Part shown: positions 1 through 30,556 of the stretch, one piece after another
Layout: each line of letters opens with the position of its first letter
Position numbering within the stretch: the first letter of the stretch is position 1
Source: Lama glama
Lineage: Eukaryota
DNA length: 64,000 bases
Direction of reading: 5' to 3'
Assembly (NCBI GenBank): GCA_028534125.1
Contig: CM052818.1
Coordinates: 33,730,001-33,794,000, forward strand
The notes under the pieces: model-generated
Database searches by the model: none
What the model saw: only the letters and a program-made list of their open reading frames with translations
Told to the model about the DNA's origin: nothing
Translations under genes and position numbers: made by a program

Positions 1-1490
1 GCTGGTAAGAATTACATATGGAGGTTTGTGGTAGCAGGGATTTGGAAGTAACACAGGTGACCATTCTTAGGGACAAATGAAAGTAAAATATGATAGATGC
101 CTACCTACTATGAAATACTAGTTGTTAGAAGCCATAAACTATTTCTACACATCTAGAGATATGAACATTACTAAAAAGCGTATTTAGAAGGAAAAAAGAA
201 ACAGAAGATTTATAGTACAATGTCAATTCAGTAAATTAAAAACAAATATAAATGTAAATGGCACTAGCTATTTTACAAGGACCATAAATATTTAAGGACA
301 AATATCAAATTTGTTAGTATGGTTGTCTCTGGGAGGAAGGGATGAAAATGGTAACAGGGACTTATGATTTGTACAAGGCAGACCTAAACCATCATTAAAA
401 AAGACTCAAATAAAGGCTGAGATTGAACCAATGCCCTTAGAAAGCAAGTCAGAACTTACGGTCTGAACCTAAACAGGTTATCTGCTAAAATAAAAATAGC
501 AACATTCCCCCAGAAGATTCTGAAAAGACCCACAGTCTACACAAATAACATTCATAATCTTGAGAATAAATTCCAAAATTATGTAGTATACAAAGAACCA
601 GGAAAATGTGAGGAACTCTCACAGGACAGATGATAAACAAATGTCAACCCAAGATGATGCAGATGTTGGAACTAGCAAAGACTTTAAAGCAACTATTATA
701 ACTATGCTTCATGATATAAAGAAAAACACACTTGAAATGAAGGAAAATGTAAGACTTATCAGCAGAAAAACAGAAACCATAAAAAAGAACCAAATTAAAC
801 TTTAGGACTGAAATAAAAATTCACTGGATGGGCTAGTAACAGAACAGAGATGAAAGAGGAAAGAATCAGTGAATCTGAAGACAGATCAATAGAAATTAAC
901 CAATCTGAAGAACAAAAAGCAAAAAAGACTGTAAAACAGTCAACACAGCCCCAACAACCTATGGGTCAATATCAAAAGACCTAACTTAAATGTAGTTGTA
1001 ACTGCAGAAAAAGAGGAAAGAGGGACTAAAGCAGGAAAAAATTTTGAAAAAAAAAATGGTGCAAATATCTTCCAAATTTAATGAAAGATTTACCTTTACA
1101 CACTGAAAGAGCTCAACACTCAACAGTATAAACTCAAAGAAAACCAGATCTAGATAAATCTTAATGAAACTGTTCAAAACTGAAGATTAAAACAAAAAGC
1201 AGCTAGAAAAAATATAACATATTACATACATGGAACAATGATTCAAATGATCATGAATTTCTCAAAAGAAGCCAAGACAGAAGACAGAATAATAACATCT
1301 TTAAAATCCTGAGAGAAGAAATTCACCAATTCAAAATTCCATATTCAGTGAAAATACTCTTTACTTCAGATGAAGTAAAACTAAAATTTGTTGTCAGATT
1401 TGCTCTATGAAAAATTCTAAGGGAAATAATTCCAGCTGAAGGGAAAATGACACCAGAGTGAAATTTGGGTTTTTAAGAATGAAGAAAGAG

Positions 1491-1627
1491 GGGTAGGGTA
1501 TAGCTCAGTGGTAGAGCACATGCTTAGCATACAAGAGGTCCTGGGTTCAATCTCCAGTACCACCACTTAAATAAATAAATAAATAAACCTAATTACTTCC
1601 CTCATTAAAAAAAAAATTGGAAAAAAA
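1491..1627 (+). mobile_element. tRNA-derived SINE (Vic-1-like, camelid type)
   Basis: A box (TAGCTCAGTGG), B box (GGTTCAATCTCC), (AATA)n/A tail; 16-bp TSD AAGAATGAAGAAAGAG at 1475-1490 and 1628-1643. Confidence 0.9.
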
Positions 1628-2675
1628 AAGAATGAAGAAAGAGCAAGAAAAATGGTAAACAGCTGGGTAAATATTAAAAACTTTTTAAAGCAAAAATTTA
1701 ACATTATCTGGTAAGATTTTCAATATATAAGATGTAATATATGACAGCTATAACTTAATGGTCAGCAGGTAGGGGGTTAAAGTAATCTATGTGGTTGTGA
1801 GGCTTCTATATTTAAGCAAAGTTGTAGGATATTAATTCTAAGTAGACTATGAAAGGATAGATATGTACACTGTAATTCCTAGAGCAACCACTATGAAACA
1901 TTCCCCTCACCCCTGAAGAGAGAGGGAGAGAGCATCAAAAATCAAATGGATAAATTAAAATGGGATGTTAAACGTTCAAATAATCCAAAAGAAGGTACAG
2001 AGGAACAAAATACAGAAAACAAATAATAAAATGTAGACCTAAATCCAACCATATCAATAATTAATTTAAATGTTATGGTCTAAATACTAAAGTTAAAAGT
2101 CAGAGATTGACAGCGTGAATAAAAAAAAATCCTAGTATATGCTGCTTACAAGAGGCACACTTTAAATATAAACACATACGTAGACTAGAAGTAAAGGGAT
2201 GAAAAAAGTCATACCATGCCATCAGCAAATACAAGAAGGCTGGAGTGGCTATTTTAATATCAGATAAAATAGACTTCAAGACAAACAGTATTACCAGAGA
2301 TAAAATGGGACACTTCATAATAGTAAAAGTAACAAATCATCAGGAAGACAATTACTCATTGCATGTGTGTAACAACAGAGGCTCAAAGTACACAAAGCAA
2401 GATTGCTAGAAAGGGAAAAACAGACAATTCTACAATCTTAGCAGAAATTTTAAGATCTCCTTTCTGGAACTGATAAAACTAGACAAAAATTTAGTGAAGA
2501 CAAAGAAGATCTGAATTGCAGTATTAGCCACCTCGCTTTAGTTGACATTTACAGAAACACTGCATCCAACACCAGAAGATACACATTAAGTGCACGCTGT
2601 GCACTCACAAGATAGATCATATACTGGGCTATAAACTTTACTCTTAAAAAGATGAAAATCATAATGTATTCTCTA

Positions 2676-2831
2676 GGGGGGCGGATATAGCTCAAGTGGT
2701 AGAGTGCGTGGTAAAGAGTATGCACAAGGTCCTGGGTTCAATCTCCAGTACCGCCACTAAAAAAATTAAAAAATTAAAAATAAATAAATAAGTTACATCC
2801 CCTCCAACATAAATAAATAAATACATAAATA
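2676..2831 (+). mobile_element. tRNA-derived SINE (Vic-1-like)
   Basis: A/B boxes and AT-rich tail; TSD CATAATGT(A/G)TTCTCTA at 2660-2675 and 2832-2847. Confidence 0.9.
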
Positions 2832-3322
2832 CATAATGTGTTCTCTAACCACATCAGAATTAAATCAGAAATCAAAAACAATAAGGTATCTAAAATAAAA
2901 AATAAATCTGGAAATTAAACAATCTATTTCTAAGTAATTCATGGGTCAAAAATGAACTCCCAAGGGAAACTGGAAAATATTTTAAGTGAATAACAACCAA
3001 AATACACATACCAAAATTTGTGGAATGCAACTAAAGCAGTACATAGAGGGAAACTTTACGCTCTAAATGCTTATGTTAGAAGAGAGCTAAAATCAATGAC
3101 TTGAGATTTCATATTAAGATACCTTAAAAAGAAGAGCAAAGTAAGCCCAAAGAATAGAGACAACATAATAAAAAGGAAAAATTCATAAATTAGGAAACAG
3201 ACATTAGAGAAGATCTTGTTCTTCAAAAAGATCACAAAATTGACAACCCCGTAGCTAAACTGATCAAGAAAAAAAGATACCAAAGATACTACAAATAATC
3301 AATGTAAGAAATGAAAGAGGGG

Positions 3323-3656
3323 GTTTTCCTCAGGAAGGAGCAGGCGGCATGATGGCGGCTCCTGGACCACGTGGCCTGTGTGTCCGCGGGAGGAGGACGC
3401 TCCCCGCCCGCTGTCTGAGGCCATATGAATATGTTCAGCCATGAAATGAAACAGACTCACTGAAGTCTGAGTCCTGAGACACAGTGACCCAGGACACAGC
3501 CCTACCAGACGAAGTCACTATGTGGCACCCACACTTCAGAAGAGGGGAGTTAGCACCACCTCCTTAATGAATGATTGAGTATCTACAGCAACTATTTGGA
3601 ATTCTTCTACAGAGAAGATTTCTATTCAACATCAGTCATTAAAAAAAGAAAAAAAA
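3323..3656 (+). pseudogene. Processed retrocopy of an unidentified short polyadenylated transcript
   Basis: GC/CpG-rich 5' part inside an AT-rich L1, poly(A) tail at ~3641-3656, exact 17-bp TSD AAGAAATGAAAGAGGGG at 3306-3322 and 3657-3673. Confidence 0.8.
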
Positions 3657-4983
3657 AAGAAATGAAAGAGGGGTTATCATTACACATTATGCAGACAGAC
3701 ATTAAAATAGTTAAGAGAATATTTTGAACAACTTTATGCCAATAAATTGACAAATTAAGGTAAACAAATTTCTTAAAAAACACAACTCACAAAATTGACA
3801 TAAGAAGAAACTGGAGACATAAAGAGCAGAAGGAAAAAAGTAAAACTGCCCCTACTTGCAGTTTTTTTTTTAACAGATTTTTTGTAGTATGTTTACAAAG
3901 ATAATCTCGGGAAATATGTGAAATAATTACTAGAACTAAAAATGAATTTAGCAAGTGGCAGGATACAAAGTTAAAACACAAAAATCAACTGTATTCTTAG
4001 ACACTAACAGCAAACAAGTAGAAAATGAACTTATAAAAATAATAGCATTTACAGTAACAAATAATACAGGAATCTAGGAGCAAATCTAGGAATCTACGAA
4101 CAAATCTAACAAAAGACATCCAAGACTTTTACAATGAAAACTACAACACATCAGTGGGAGAAAGTAAAGACCTAGATAAGTGGAAAAATATAATGTGCAT
4201 ATAAATCAGAAAACTCAATACTGTCAAAATGGCAATTCTCCTTAAACTGATCTATAGATTCAATATAATACCAATCAATACTCTAGCATGTTTCTTTTTA
4301 TAGAAATTGACAAACTGATTGTAGAATTTATATAGAGGCAAAGAAAATAGAATAGCTGAAATAATTTTGAAAAAACAACAAAATTAGATGACTTTATCTG
4401 ATTTCAAGACTTACTCTAATGTTACAGTATCAAGACAGCTCAGTATTGGCAAAAAAAAAGATAGATGCATACATCAATGAAACAAAGTAAGGAAAGTGAA
4501 AAAGAAACAGACCCACACATCTTCAACTGATTTTTGACAAAGGCAGCAAGGCAACTGAATAGGGAAAGAATAGTCTTTTCAACAACTGGATGTACAAATG
4601 GAAAGAAATTAAATTGACCTTTGTAACATACCATGCACAAAAAATAACTCTGAATGAGCCATAGACCTGAATGTAAAACCCATAAAACTTATAGAAGAAA
4701 ACATAGGAGAAAATATTTGCAATTAGGGATGGCAAAGTTTTCTTAAATATAAAAAGCATGAAACATAAATGAAAAAAAATTATATTTTATCACTTTTAAT
4801 GGTAAATTTAAAATCTTTGCTCTTCTAAAAACACCATTAAGAAAGTAAAATGCAAATCATGAACTTGTGGAAATATTCAAGACACATATATCAGACAAAG
4901 GAATTGTATTCAGAAAAAATTTTTTAATTAAATAATACAATTCAATAATGAGACAAAACCCTACTTGGGATGGGTAATAATGG

Positions 4984-5071
4984 TTTTTTTTTTTTAATGA
5001 AGGTACTGGGAGTTGAACCCAGGACCTCACGCATGCTAGACACGTACTCTACCACTGAGCTATACCCTCCC
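4984..5071 (-). mobile_element. tRNA-derived SINE (Vic-1-like)
   Basis: Reverse complement of the same SINE head (GAACCCAGGACC...CCACTGAGCTATACCC) preceded by a T run. Confidence 0.85.
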
Positions 5072-5409
5072 TAGCCCCCAATTTTTTTTTAACGTGGGCA
5101 AAAGACATAGACACTTGACAAAATAAGATATATGAATGGCTAATAAGCACACAAACAGATGTTCTACACCATTACTCATCAGGAAAATGAAAATTAAAAC
5201 CACAATGAAATACCACAATATACCCATTTAAGCTAAAATTAGAGACTTACTCTCATACACTAGAAACATAAAATACCAGCAATTTGGAAAACAGACAATT
5301 TCTTTAAAAGTTAAACATACTCCTGACATATGACGCAAGCAACCTAAGATGGTAAACACCATCCTAGTAAATAAATACTGTGTTAGGTATTAATAAAGAG
5401 AAAAACAGA

Positions 5410-7352
5410 CAATGAAACCACAACTGACTGATTAACAACCATTGAGAAAAAGACTGGAACCTGGCAAAAAAGATCTTCTTCAACTGGAAACATAAAGAGG
5501 GAACCTCAGCAGGACAGTAGGAGGCGGTGTGCTCATGATATAATCAGGCTCCATACCCCTGAGATGGGCAATTCACAAGCTGAAGAATAGTTAAGTCGCA
5601 GAGGCCCTCCAACAGAAGTGAGAGTTCTAAGCCCCTCTTCAGGCTCTCTAGCCCAGGGTTCCAGCCTTGGGAGGAGGAGGAGCCCCCAGGACATCTGGTT
5701 TTGAAGACCAGTGGAGCTTAACTCCAGAAGCCCCATGGGATTGGGGGCAACAGAGACTTCATTCTCTTAGGAAGCGTACACAGAAACTCGCATGCACCAG
5801 GTCCGAGGGCAGAGGCAGTGATTTCATAGGAACCTGGGCCAGGCCTGCCTGCTGGTTTTGGAAGGTCACCCAGGGGACATAAAAGCTGGTGACAGACATT
5901 CCTGGAGTGTTAATCTACATGAGCTTTCCTAGAGGCTGACATCTTGATTGGATCATTAGCACCAAGACCTAGCCCCACCCAACAGCCTTAAGAGAAGCCT
6001 TGGGCCAAACAACATACTGGCTATGAACACAGCCCCACCCATCAGCAGACCTTCTGAGCCACAAACTTCTAGACATGGCCCTATCCACCAGAGGTCCAGG
6101 ACCAAGCTTCACCCAGCAGTGGGCAGGCACCGGCTCCTCCTGCCAGGAAACCTGCATAATCCTCTAGTCCAGCCTTATCCACCAGGGGCAGATACCAGAA
6201 ATAAAAAAATAACAATCCCAAAGCCTGTGGAAAGAATCCACAAACACAGGACAGACTGGGACAGGCTGGACCCTGGCCCTTGGGTAACAAGAGAGGAGTG
6301 TACTGCTGGGACACATAGGATGTCTCCCAAAGAGGGCCACCTCTCAAAGGTTGAGAAACATAACTAACCTACCTAAAAATACAAATCGAAAGACAGATAA
6401 TATGAGGCAGCAGAGGAATACCTTCCAGGCAAAGGCACAAGATAAAATCCCAGAAGAAGAAATAAGTGATGAGGAGATAGGCAATTTATCTGAGAAAGAG
6501 TTTAAAGTAATGATGGCGAAGATGTTCAGTGAACTCAAGAGGAGTATAAATGCACAGAGCAAAGTTTTCAGAAAAGAATTGGAAAATATAAAGAATATCT
6601 AAACAGAGTTGAAGAATAAAATCACTGAAATGAATAACACACTAGAAGGAACCAAGAATAGACTAAATGAGGCAGAAGAATGGATCAATGAGGTAGAAGA
6701 CAGGTTAGTGGAAATCACTCCTGCAGAACAGAAAAAAGAAAAAAGAATGAAAAGAAATGAGGATAGTTTGATAGAACTGTAGGACAACATGAAGCACACT
6801 AATATTCACATTATAGGGGTCCCAGAAAGAGAAGAGAGAAAGAACCTAAGAAAATGTTTGGAGTGATAATAACTGAAAACTTCCCCAATTTGGGAAAGGA
6901 AAGTCACCCAGGTCCAGGATGCACACAGAGTTCCACACAGGATGAACTGAAATAGGAACACACAAAGGTACGTAGTAATCAAACTGACAAAAATTAAAGA
7001 TAAGGAGAAAATATTAAAATTAGCAAGAGAAAAGCAGCAAATAACATACAAGGGGACACCCATAAGGTTATCAGCTGATTTTTCAGCAGAAACTCTACAG
7101 GTCAGAAGGGAGTGGCATGATATATTTCAAGTGGTGAAAGGGAAAAACTTACAACCAAGAATACTCTATCCAGCAAGGCTTTTGTTCAGATTTCATGGAG
7201 AAATCAAAAGCTTCAATGATAAATAAAAGCTAAAAAGATTTCAGTACTACCAAACCAGCTTTACAACAAATATTAAAGGAACTTCTCTAGTCATCAAACC
7301 ATAAGAGAACAAAAAGAAGAAAGAGAGGAGGGAAAAAAAAAAGACCTACAAA
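5410..7352 (+). mobile_element. Younger LINE-1 5' portion: 5'UTR plus disrupted ORF1 (~6402-7290)
   Basis: MRQQRNTFQAK...EIGNLSEKEFKVMMAKM, coiled-coil and NIHIIGVPE / PIRLSADFSAETLQ motifs of ORF1p, ending LKELL*; internal stops. Confidence 0.9.
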
Positions 7353-7900
7353 AGATTGCTTTGGCAGTTTGGAGTCTTTTATGGTTCCATATAAATTTTG
7401 GAATTGTTTGTTCTAGTTCTGTGAAAAATGTTGTGAATATTTCAACAGGGGTTGCATTGGATATGTAGATTGCTTTGGGCAATATGGCCATTTTGATAAT
7501 GTTGATTCTTTCAATCCAAGGGCACAAGATATCTTTCCATTTCTTTGTATCATCTTCAATTTCCTTCATCAGTGTTTTACAGTTTTCAGGTTATAGGTAA
7601 CCTCCTTGGTTAGGTTTATTTCTAGGTATTTTGTTGTCTTTGATGCAATGGAAATATTTATGTCACTTTTAAAATTCTGGATTTTGAAGTGAAAAAAAAA
7701 ATAAAGAGAATGAAGGGCCACAAATGGTAAAATATCCTTCTTTCTTATGGGTGAGTTGTATTCCATTACATGTATGTGCTGCATCTTCTTTATCTATTCA
7801 TCTATTGATGTGCACTTAGGATGCTTCTATATCTTGGCAATTATAAATTTATAATAATTATAAATAATTGCTGTTAATAGAAGGGTGTATGTAACTTTTT
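7353..7900 (-). mobile_element. Inverted LINE-1 ORF2 fragments
   Basis: - strand peptide [35 protein letters not shown] and MEYNSPIRKKDILPF, both typical of distal ORF2p. Confidence 0.85.
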
Positions 7901-8139
7901 GAATTAATTTTTATTTTGTGGTTGGCTTTATTCCTTTGGTAACTATGTAAGTTTAAAAAACCAAAGCTCTAAACATTCTTAGAAACAATGAACAGTACAT
8001 ATATGTAAATTTTTTTAAATATGTGCAAAATACTGTGTATATGTGTTCATATGAAATATACTATATAGCAGTCAAACTGTAACAATTCTACCTAATAAAA
8101 CTGAAAAATGAAAAAACAAATAAAAAAAGAGAAACAAAA

Positions 8140-8600
8140 ACATTTTTCCACACAGAGACTTACACATGAATAAACAGCTTTATTGTAATATCCCCACATT
8201 AAAAATAACCCAAATGTCTCTCAAGGTAGATGGCTAAACAAATTATGGTATCCATAATGGAATCCTATTCAGCAATAAAAACTATTTTTATTCAAAATCA
8301 TTACTCTGAGTGAAAGAAATCATGCAAAAAGAGGACACACTATCTGATTTCATTTACATAAAATCCCAGAACATGCTAACCACTGTACAGTGACAGAAAA
8401 CAGGTCAGTGGATGTTTGGGGATAGGAGTAGAGGGAGGAATGGATTGCGAAGAGACACAAAATAACTTCTGGGAGACATGGAAATGTTATCTTGATGGTG
8501 GTTTCATGGGTACTTACATATGTCAAAGCTGATGATATTACCTACTTTAAATATATGCAGTCTACTGTACTTCAATTATACCTCATAAAAATATTTTTAA
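8140..8600 (+). mobile_element. Old LINE-1 3' end (continuation of the element at 560-5340)
   Basis: Typical L1M 3' sequence (CCCAAATGTC...ATGGAAT..TATTCAGCAATAAAA...CAATTATACCTCATAAAA). Confidence 0.7.
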
Positions 8601-9507
8601 AAATTTTAATGGGAATTGGCAGTACTCTAGGGCTAAAACCCACCATCCCAAACAAATGGGAACAATCTCTACTAGAAAGACTGGATAGAATCAACAGGCC
8701 ATTAAGAGTCAAGTCCCATGTGACTCCTTTTAGGAAACTCTCCTCATAGGAATTTCCTTACTCTTGGTGTAGGACTCAGATATACCCACTTCCCCTCTCA
8801 TGAATAAGCCCAAGCACAGTTTAAAAAAAAATCAATAGTTTATATGATCAGCATGAATAACATCTTGGGAATTAAGTCTAAGTGGATAGGGAATCCCTCC
8901 CTCTAGATCTCTTATTTTTAAAGGACTTAGTAAAAACAGTTCTCAAGTATTTTATACTACATATCAACTCAGGGCATTTGACTATTTGTTAAAAACCAGA
9001 TTAATCTCAAACTTCCCTTCCCATAAATATGACAAGAAGAAGCCTTTGGCTCAAACAATAATTATCATAACTGTAGTTACTTTAAAATAATTTGTTGTTT
9101 GTGGCACCTTCCACATTTGTACCTTCCTGTCTCAGCTTCTTATCATAAAGATGAAGAGTTTAAACTACTTTCAACTCCTTTCTGATCTACCAGGAATTTT
9201 TAAGAGCCGCTAGTTCATTCTCTAGGTGCAAATATTTAGATTTCATTGGAAAAATATTTTAAGTTCATCTCAGTATCCTTTGCAGCTTCCTTTTATTTTA
9301 CCCAATCCTTAAATACTGATGTTTTCTCTGAAAAATAAAGGTTTCATCCTTTACTCTCTTCTAGTCTCACTTCTCACCAATGACTCTCAAACTTCACAAT
9401 CTCTTAGGCCACTTAAAAATTAAATAAAAAATTAAGATTCTGATGCCCTGACCCCCATGATTCTGATTCTGATTAACAGAAGAGGGCCCATTAATCTTAA
9501 CATTTCT

Positions 9508-9627
9508 TTTGAGGAGTTAGGTAATTAGGTATGTATGTATGTATTACTTCACGGAGGTACTGGGGATTGAATCTGGGACCTCGTGCATGCTAAGCAAGCA
9601 GTCTACCACTTAGCTATACCCTCCTGC
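9508..9627 (-). mobile_element. tRNA-derived SINE (Vic-1-like)
   Basis: Reverse-complement SINE head; flanking direct repeat TTAATCTT(A/T)ACATTTCTT at ~9490 and ~9628. Confidence 0.85.
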
Positions 9628-10279
9628 TTAATCTTTACATTTCTTAACAATTACCCACTTGCTATTCCGTCACATCCTTTTACCCATTCACATTCTGTTC
9701 TTACTTCTAAGAGGAAAAAAAGCCTTTTCCTTCTGGCTAACTGCGTAATTCTTTGACTTTCAAGTCTGTTTAGGAGTGATTTGCTCTGGTAACCCTTCCT
9801 TCCAAACTATCCCTTTCCCCAATGGCTATGTTAAATTCCTGTTTAAAAACATTTAATTACACTGTATGGTGTTGATCTCCTTGCCTAGGTTTGTTAGACT
9901 GCTAGTTCTATGTTTTTCATTTCTGTATATCTAACGTACTACACAGCTGGCACAGCAGATATTTAGTAAATGTTATATGAATGAATTAATCTCTACCAAT
10001 GAGTATCTCATTAACAAGAATCTTTTCTGTATTAACAAATACCGAAAAGCTTAGCACATTCAGTACACCATATAACCAACCAGTCTTAAAGCCAAGTAGT
10101 TTGAAAATACAAGGATTTCTTACAGTCATTTTAACCAGTCCTTCCCATGTTCATCAATGTATTCATGAGTACATATCTGATGTCTGAAAAAAAATGCAGG
10201 GCTACAGAGTCTCATGCTATTATAATTCGTACTTCTTTTTTTTTTTTTTGCAATCTAAGTTTTCCTCCCCACACTAAGA

Positions 10280-10495
10280 TTAGACCTGCACTTCCAATCA
10301 GATGGCCACCAGCTACAGGTGGCTATTTAAATTTAAATTAATTAAAATTAAGGACAATTAAAAACTCCTTCCTTAGTCACACTAGCCACATTTCAAGCGC
10401 TCAAAAGCCATACGTGGCTTGTGGCTACAGTTTGGGACAGTGTGGATACAGAACATTTTCATAAACAGAGGAACTGCTATTGGACAGTGCTGGCG
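10280..10495. mobile_element. hAT-Charlie MITE relic (MER3/MER33-like)
   Basis: Recognised motif GTCACACTAGCCACATTTCAAG..CTCAA..GCCA...GTGGC and end ATTGGACAGTGCTG. Confidence 0.6.
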
Positions 10496-10532
10496 ACACA
10501 ATTATAAACAGACCGCAGAAAACCTCACTTAC

Positions 10533-10591
10533 TTCTTAGCTCCCACGATCCTCGTGCTCCTCTGCTGCTTAAAGGATGTGGGTCCCGGGGT
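10533..10591 (-). CDS. ZNF512: Zinc finger protein 512, coding exon 2
   Basis: Encodes TPGPTSFKQQRSTRIVGAK (human TSGPTTFKQQRSTRIVGAK); 59 nt between a TAG acceptor and a GTAAGT donor. Exon 3 was not seen in the window. Confidence 0.93.
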
Positions 10592-11107
10592 CTAGCAAAT
10601 TGCAAGCACATGAGTGAATGCTAGGGACTTCGGAACCTTGACCACAAAAAGAACCTCCCATGAGGAGAAACGAAGCTCTCCCGGTGCTACTACCTCAAAC
10701 GGAAGGCGGCAAGACTTTTTAGGAAAAGTGTGCCGCCCCATCCTCCTACAGGGTCAAAGCAGGTGACAACACCAGAGCCTTCATTTCTCCCATTCTCAAA
10801 GCCTTGTCCTAGACAGAGGCTCTAAAAGGGAGGCGGAAAGGGAGGCAACGGATACGGGAAGCAATGGGGATGTAAAGGCAATAGAGACTAACGACAATCC
10901 GACGAGGAACAGAGTCCAAGGGAATGAGGAACAGGCAGCAGAAAGTGGAGGAAAAAAGAGGGGACAGGTAGATCTGACCTAGAAGGGTGGGGCCTACAAT
11001 GGGCTCAGATAAAACCAACTCTGAGCAGGAAACAAAAGGGAGGGACGGCGTGTGGCGAGCTCGCCAGCGCTACCCCTAAGGCATAACGGTCAAACCGAGA
11101 AACTCAC

Positions 11108-11137
11108 GGCGGGCACTGCACCCAGTCTCGAAGACAT
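11108..11137 (-). CDS. ZNF512: Zinc finger protein 512, coding exon 1
   Basis: ATG TCT TCG AGA CTG GGT GCA GTG CCC GCC = MSSRLGAVPA followed by a GTGAGT donor; lies in a CpG island. Confidence 0.93.
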
Positions 11138-11551
11138 CACTCCCTCTCCACGCCTAACAAATTCACCCAAGGGCTCCGGCCAGACCAACGCCACTTCCGC
11201 TCTCCTCTCCGCTCCCGGATGTGGAGTCGGCGCCGCGAGTTCGGTCTCGTACGTCTACTTCCGCCTAGCTGCTTCCGAGGGGGCTGCGACCGGGGAGAGT
11301 CACGTGACGAGAGCCCCCCACCCCCATCCGCGCGGCGGCCCGCTTCCTTTGAGACCCCGCCCCGGGGTTGCGCTGTGGGACCCGGGAAGCTGGGGGTGGG
11401 ATTTGGAGCCTCAACTTGGCTTCAGAGCGTCCCCCCCGAGCCCCGCGCCTCGTCTCATTCCCTCGGTTTGCACCACCCCTCTTGCCACTCCAATCCCATC
11501 CAGCACGACGAGTAGTCTTTGTAGAGGCACGGGGAGGTCAGTTATTGCCCC

Positions 11552-11557
11552 TTTATT
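11552..11557 (-). terminator. Candidate polyadenylation signal of SPATA31H1
   Basis: AATAAA on the - strand (TTTATT on +) about 195 nt downstream of the TAA at 11752-11754. Confidence 0.55.
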
Positions 11558-11751
11558 TATCTTAGGGAATAACAGACCCATTCCCGCCTTCCCTCCCCCC
11601 AGGTAGAGAGACGTAGAAGCTCTTTTGTCGCTGAGGGCGCGGGGAAGTGGAGGCCGAGGCTGGGCAGGAAAGAAGCCAGGAAAGGGCCGCTCGGTGGAGA
11701 CTTCAGTGAGGCAATGAATAACGTGGGCAGGTCCCTTCGCCTCTACTAGCG

Positions 11752-29283
<17,532 letters not shown>

Positions 29284-29532
29284 TTACTTATTTATGGAAA
29301 GAATTCCTCCACCACGACAAAGGGAGGCATTTGTCCCTATTCCAATCAGAATGATCACAGATCAGTGGTTCTTAAAATTCATTTGAACCCAGAACTTTCC
29401 CCCACTGCCAAAATTAACCATTTTTCTTCTCCCTCTTCCTCCCTCTTTCTCTTCCTCCCACCCTCCTTTACTCCCTCCTTCCTCCCTCTTGAAAATTCTA
29501 CCACCTTTAATCCCCACCCAGAAATACCTAAC

Positions 29533-29628
29533 CTTGCACTTTCCAGGTGTTGGAAGATCTGTCGAAGACTTCTGTCCATTGACCAGAGTAAATATTCCTG
29601 GCCCCATCCCACAGGGAGTCCTGAAAAG
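29533..29628 (-). CDS. SPATA31H1: SPATA31H1 upstream coding exon (96 nt, phase 2-2)
   Basis: CATTCAG|C TTT TCA GGA...GCA AG|GTTAGG encodes FSGLPVGWGQEYLLWSMDRSLRQIFQHLESA(R); AG|A joins the giant exon in frame. Confidence 0.7.
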
Positions 29629-29849
29629 CTGAATGCAACAGAGTATGTCAATGTAACTGAAGTTATACTGAAGTACTGGTAAGGAAAACAACGAGAAGAG
29701 TGACTTAACTTAGAAAGGAGACAGCTATCGTACTGAGGGAAGTAAGAGTCCCAGGTATCTTACTCATAACTTTTTTTTTTTACAGAGTTTATCAGTAGAA
29801 TAGGCTGAAGAGAGAAAAAATAAACACAGTGAAGATTGACCTTACTCAC

Positions 29850-29904
29850 CATGTCAGGTTAGCTTCAGTGCAATCCATCCTGAGATTTTCTTCCCACTGT
29901 GGAG
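29850..29904 (-). CDS. SPATA31H1: SPATA31H1 upstream coding exon (55 nt, phase 1-2)
   Basis: CCCCCAG acceptor and GTGAGT donor. The only open frame (PQWEENLRMDCTEANLT) is the one compatible with both neighbouring exons. Confidence 0.65.
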
Positions 29905-30556
29905 CTGGGGGTGGAGGTGAAGAATCTTAGTATTGTGACTGTTGACATCACCTTAGTCCAACCCCCTGATTTGCAAATAAGGTATTAAAAGCAAAGCCAT
30001 GCCTAAGATCATAAAACTAATTAGTGGGAGAGCTCGGATTTAACCTAGGTTTCCTTTTGATTTTTAAAGCTATACTATGCTGCCTTCACCATGTAGTAGA
30101 TGTAAGCCATTGAAAAGAGCAGAAATAATCATGGTAGAAGGGAGATGAAGTGGGGGAAACAGAAGAACACATATCTTTGGGGGAAAAGATGTGTATTATC
30201 CAGTGTCTATAGTAGGGGAAAAAAAGGTACTGAAACTTCCCACACCAAGCTCTTGGTAGTTACCCTTTTTCCATTCTCCAGTCTCACCAAGTTTCTTTTC
30301 TAATTCTTTGAGTTTTGCACTTAAAGGAGATTAGGAAAGGAAGTGTGAGGATAGGAAGCAGAGAAAGAATTATGGAGCTATTTACATCTCTTTGGAAATA
30401 GAGAAGCTAGAAAGAATAGGCATGTTTCTTTCCTTTACATAATCTTTTTTAGCCTTCCCCATTCCACCTGCTATCAAAGGTTGAGTCCTAAAGCAGACCC
30501 GCAGTTGATTTGTCATTAGCCTTGACCTGAAGAGTAAAGGATAGGATCTTTCTGAC

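Larger units (their letters stand above)
560..5340 (+). mobile_element. Old degenerate LINE-1 (ORF1 remnant ~600-1450, ORF2 endonuclease/RT remnants ~2030-5340) in ZNF512 intron 2, interrupted by younger insertions
   Basis: A-rich + strand with an ORF1-like peptide (KDFKATIITMLHDIKKN...) and endonuclease-like motifs (ICCLQEAHF, KAGVAILISDKIDFK near 2140-2280). Many stops and frameshifts; boundaries approximate. Confidence 0.85.
11040..11720 (-). promoter_or_regulatory. ZNF512: ZNF512 CpG-island promoter
   Basis: CpG-dense; ETS-like ACTTCCG motifs (~11193, ~11258), perfect palindromic E-box GTCACGTGAC at 11299-11308, GC box near 11356. Confidence 0.8.

Noticed and set aside
1491..1565. tRNA gene calls for the tRNA-like heads here and elsewhere
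   Set aside because: They have A-rich tails, TSDs and divergent stems, so they are SINEs rather than functional tRNAs.
11052..11606. 184-aa + strand ORF
   Set aside because: Antisense across the ZNF512 CpG promoter, non-ATG start, compositional artefact.
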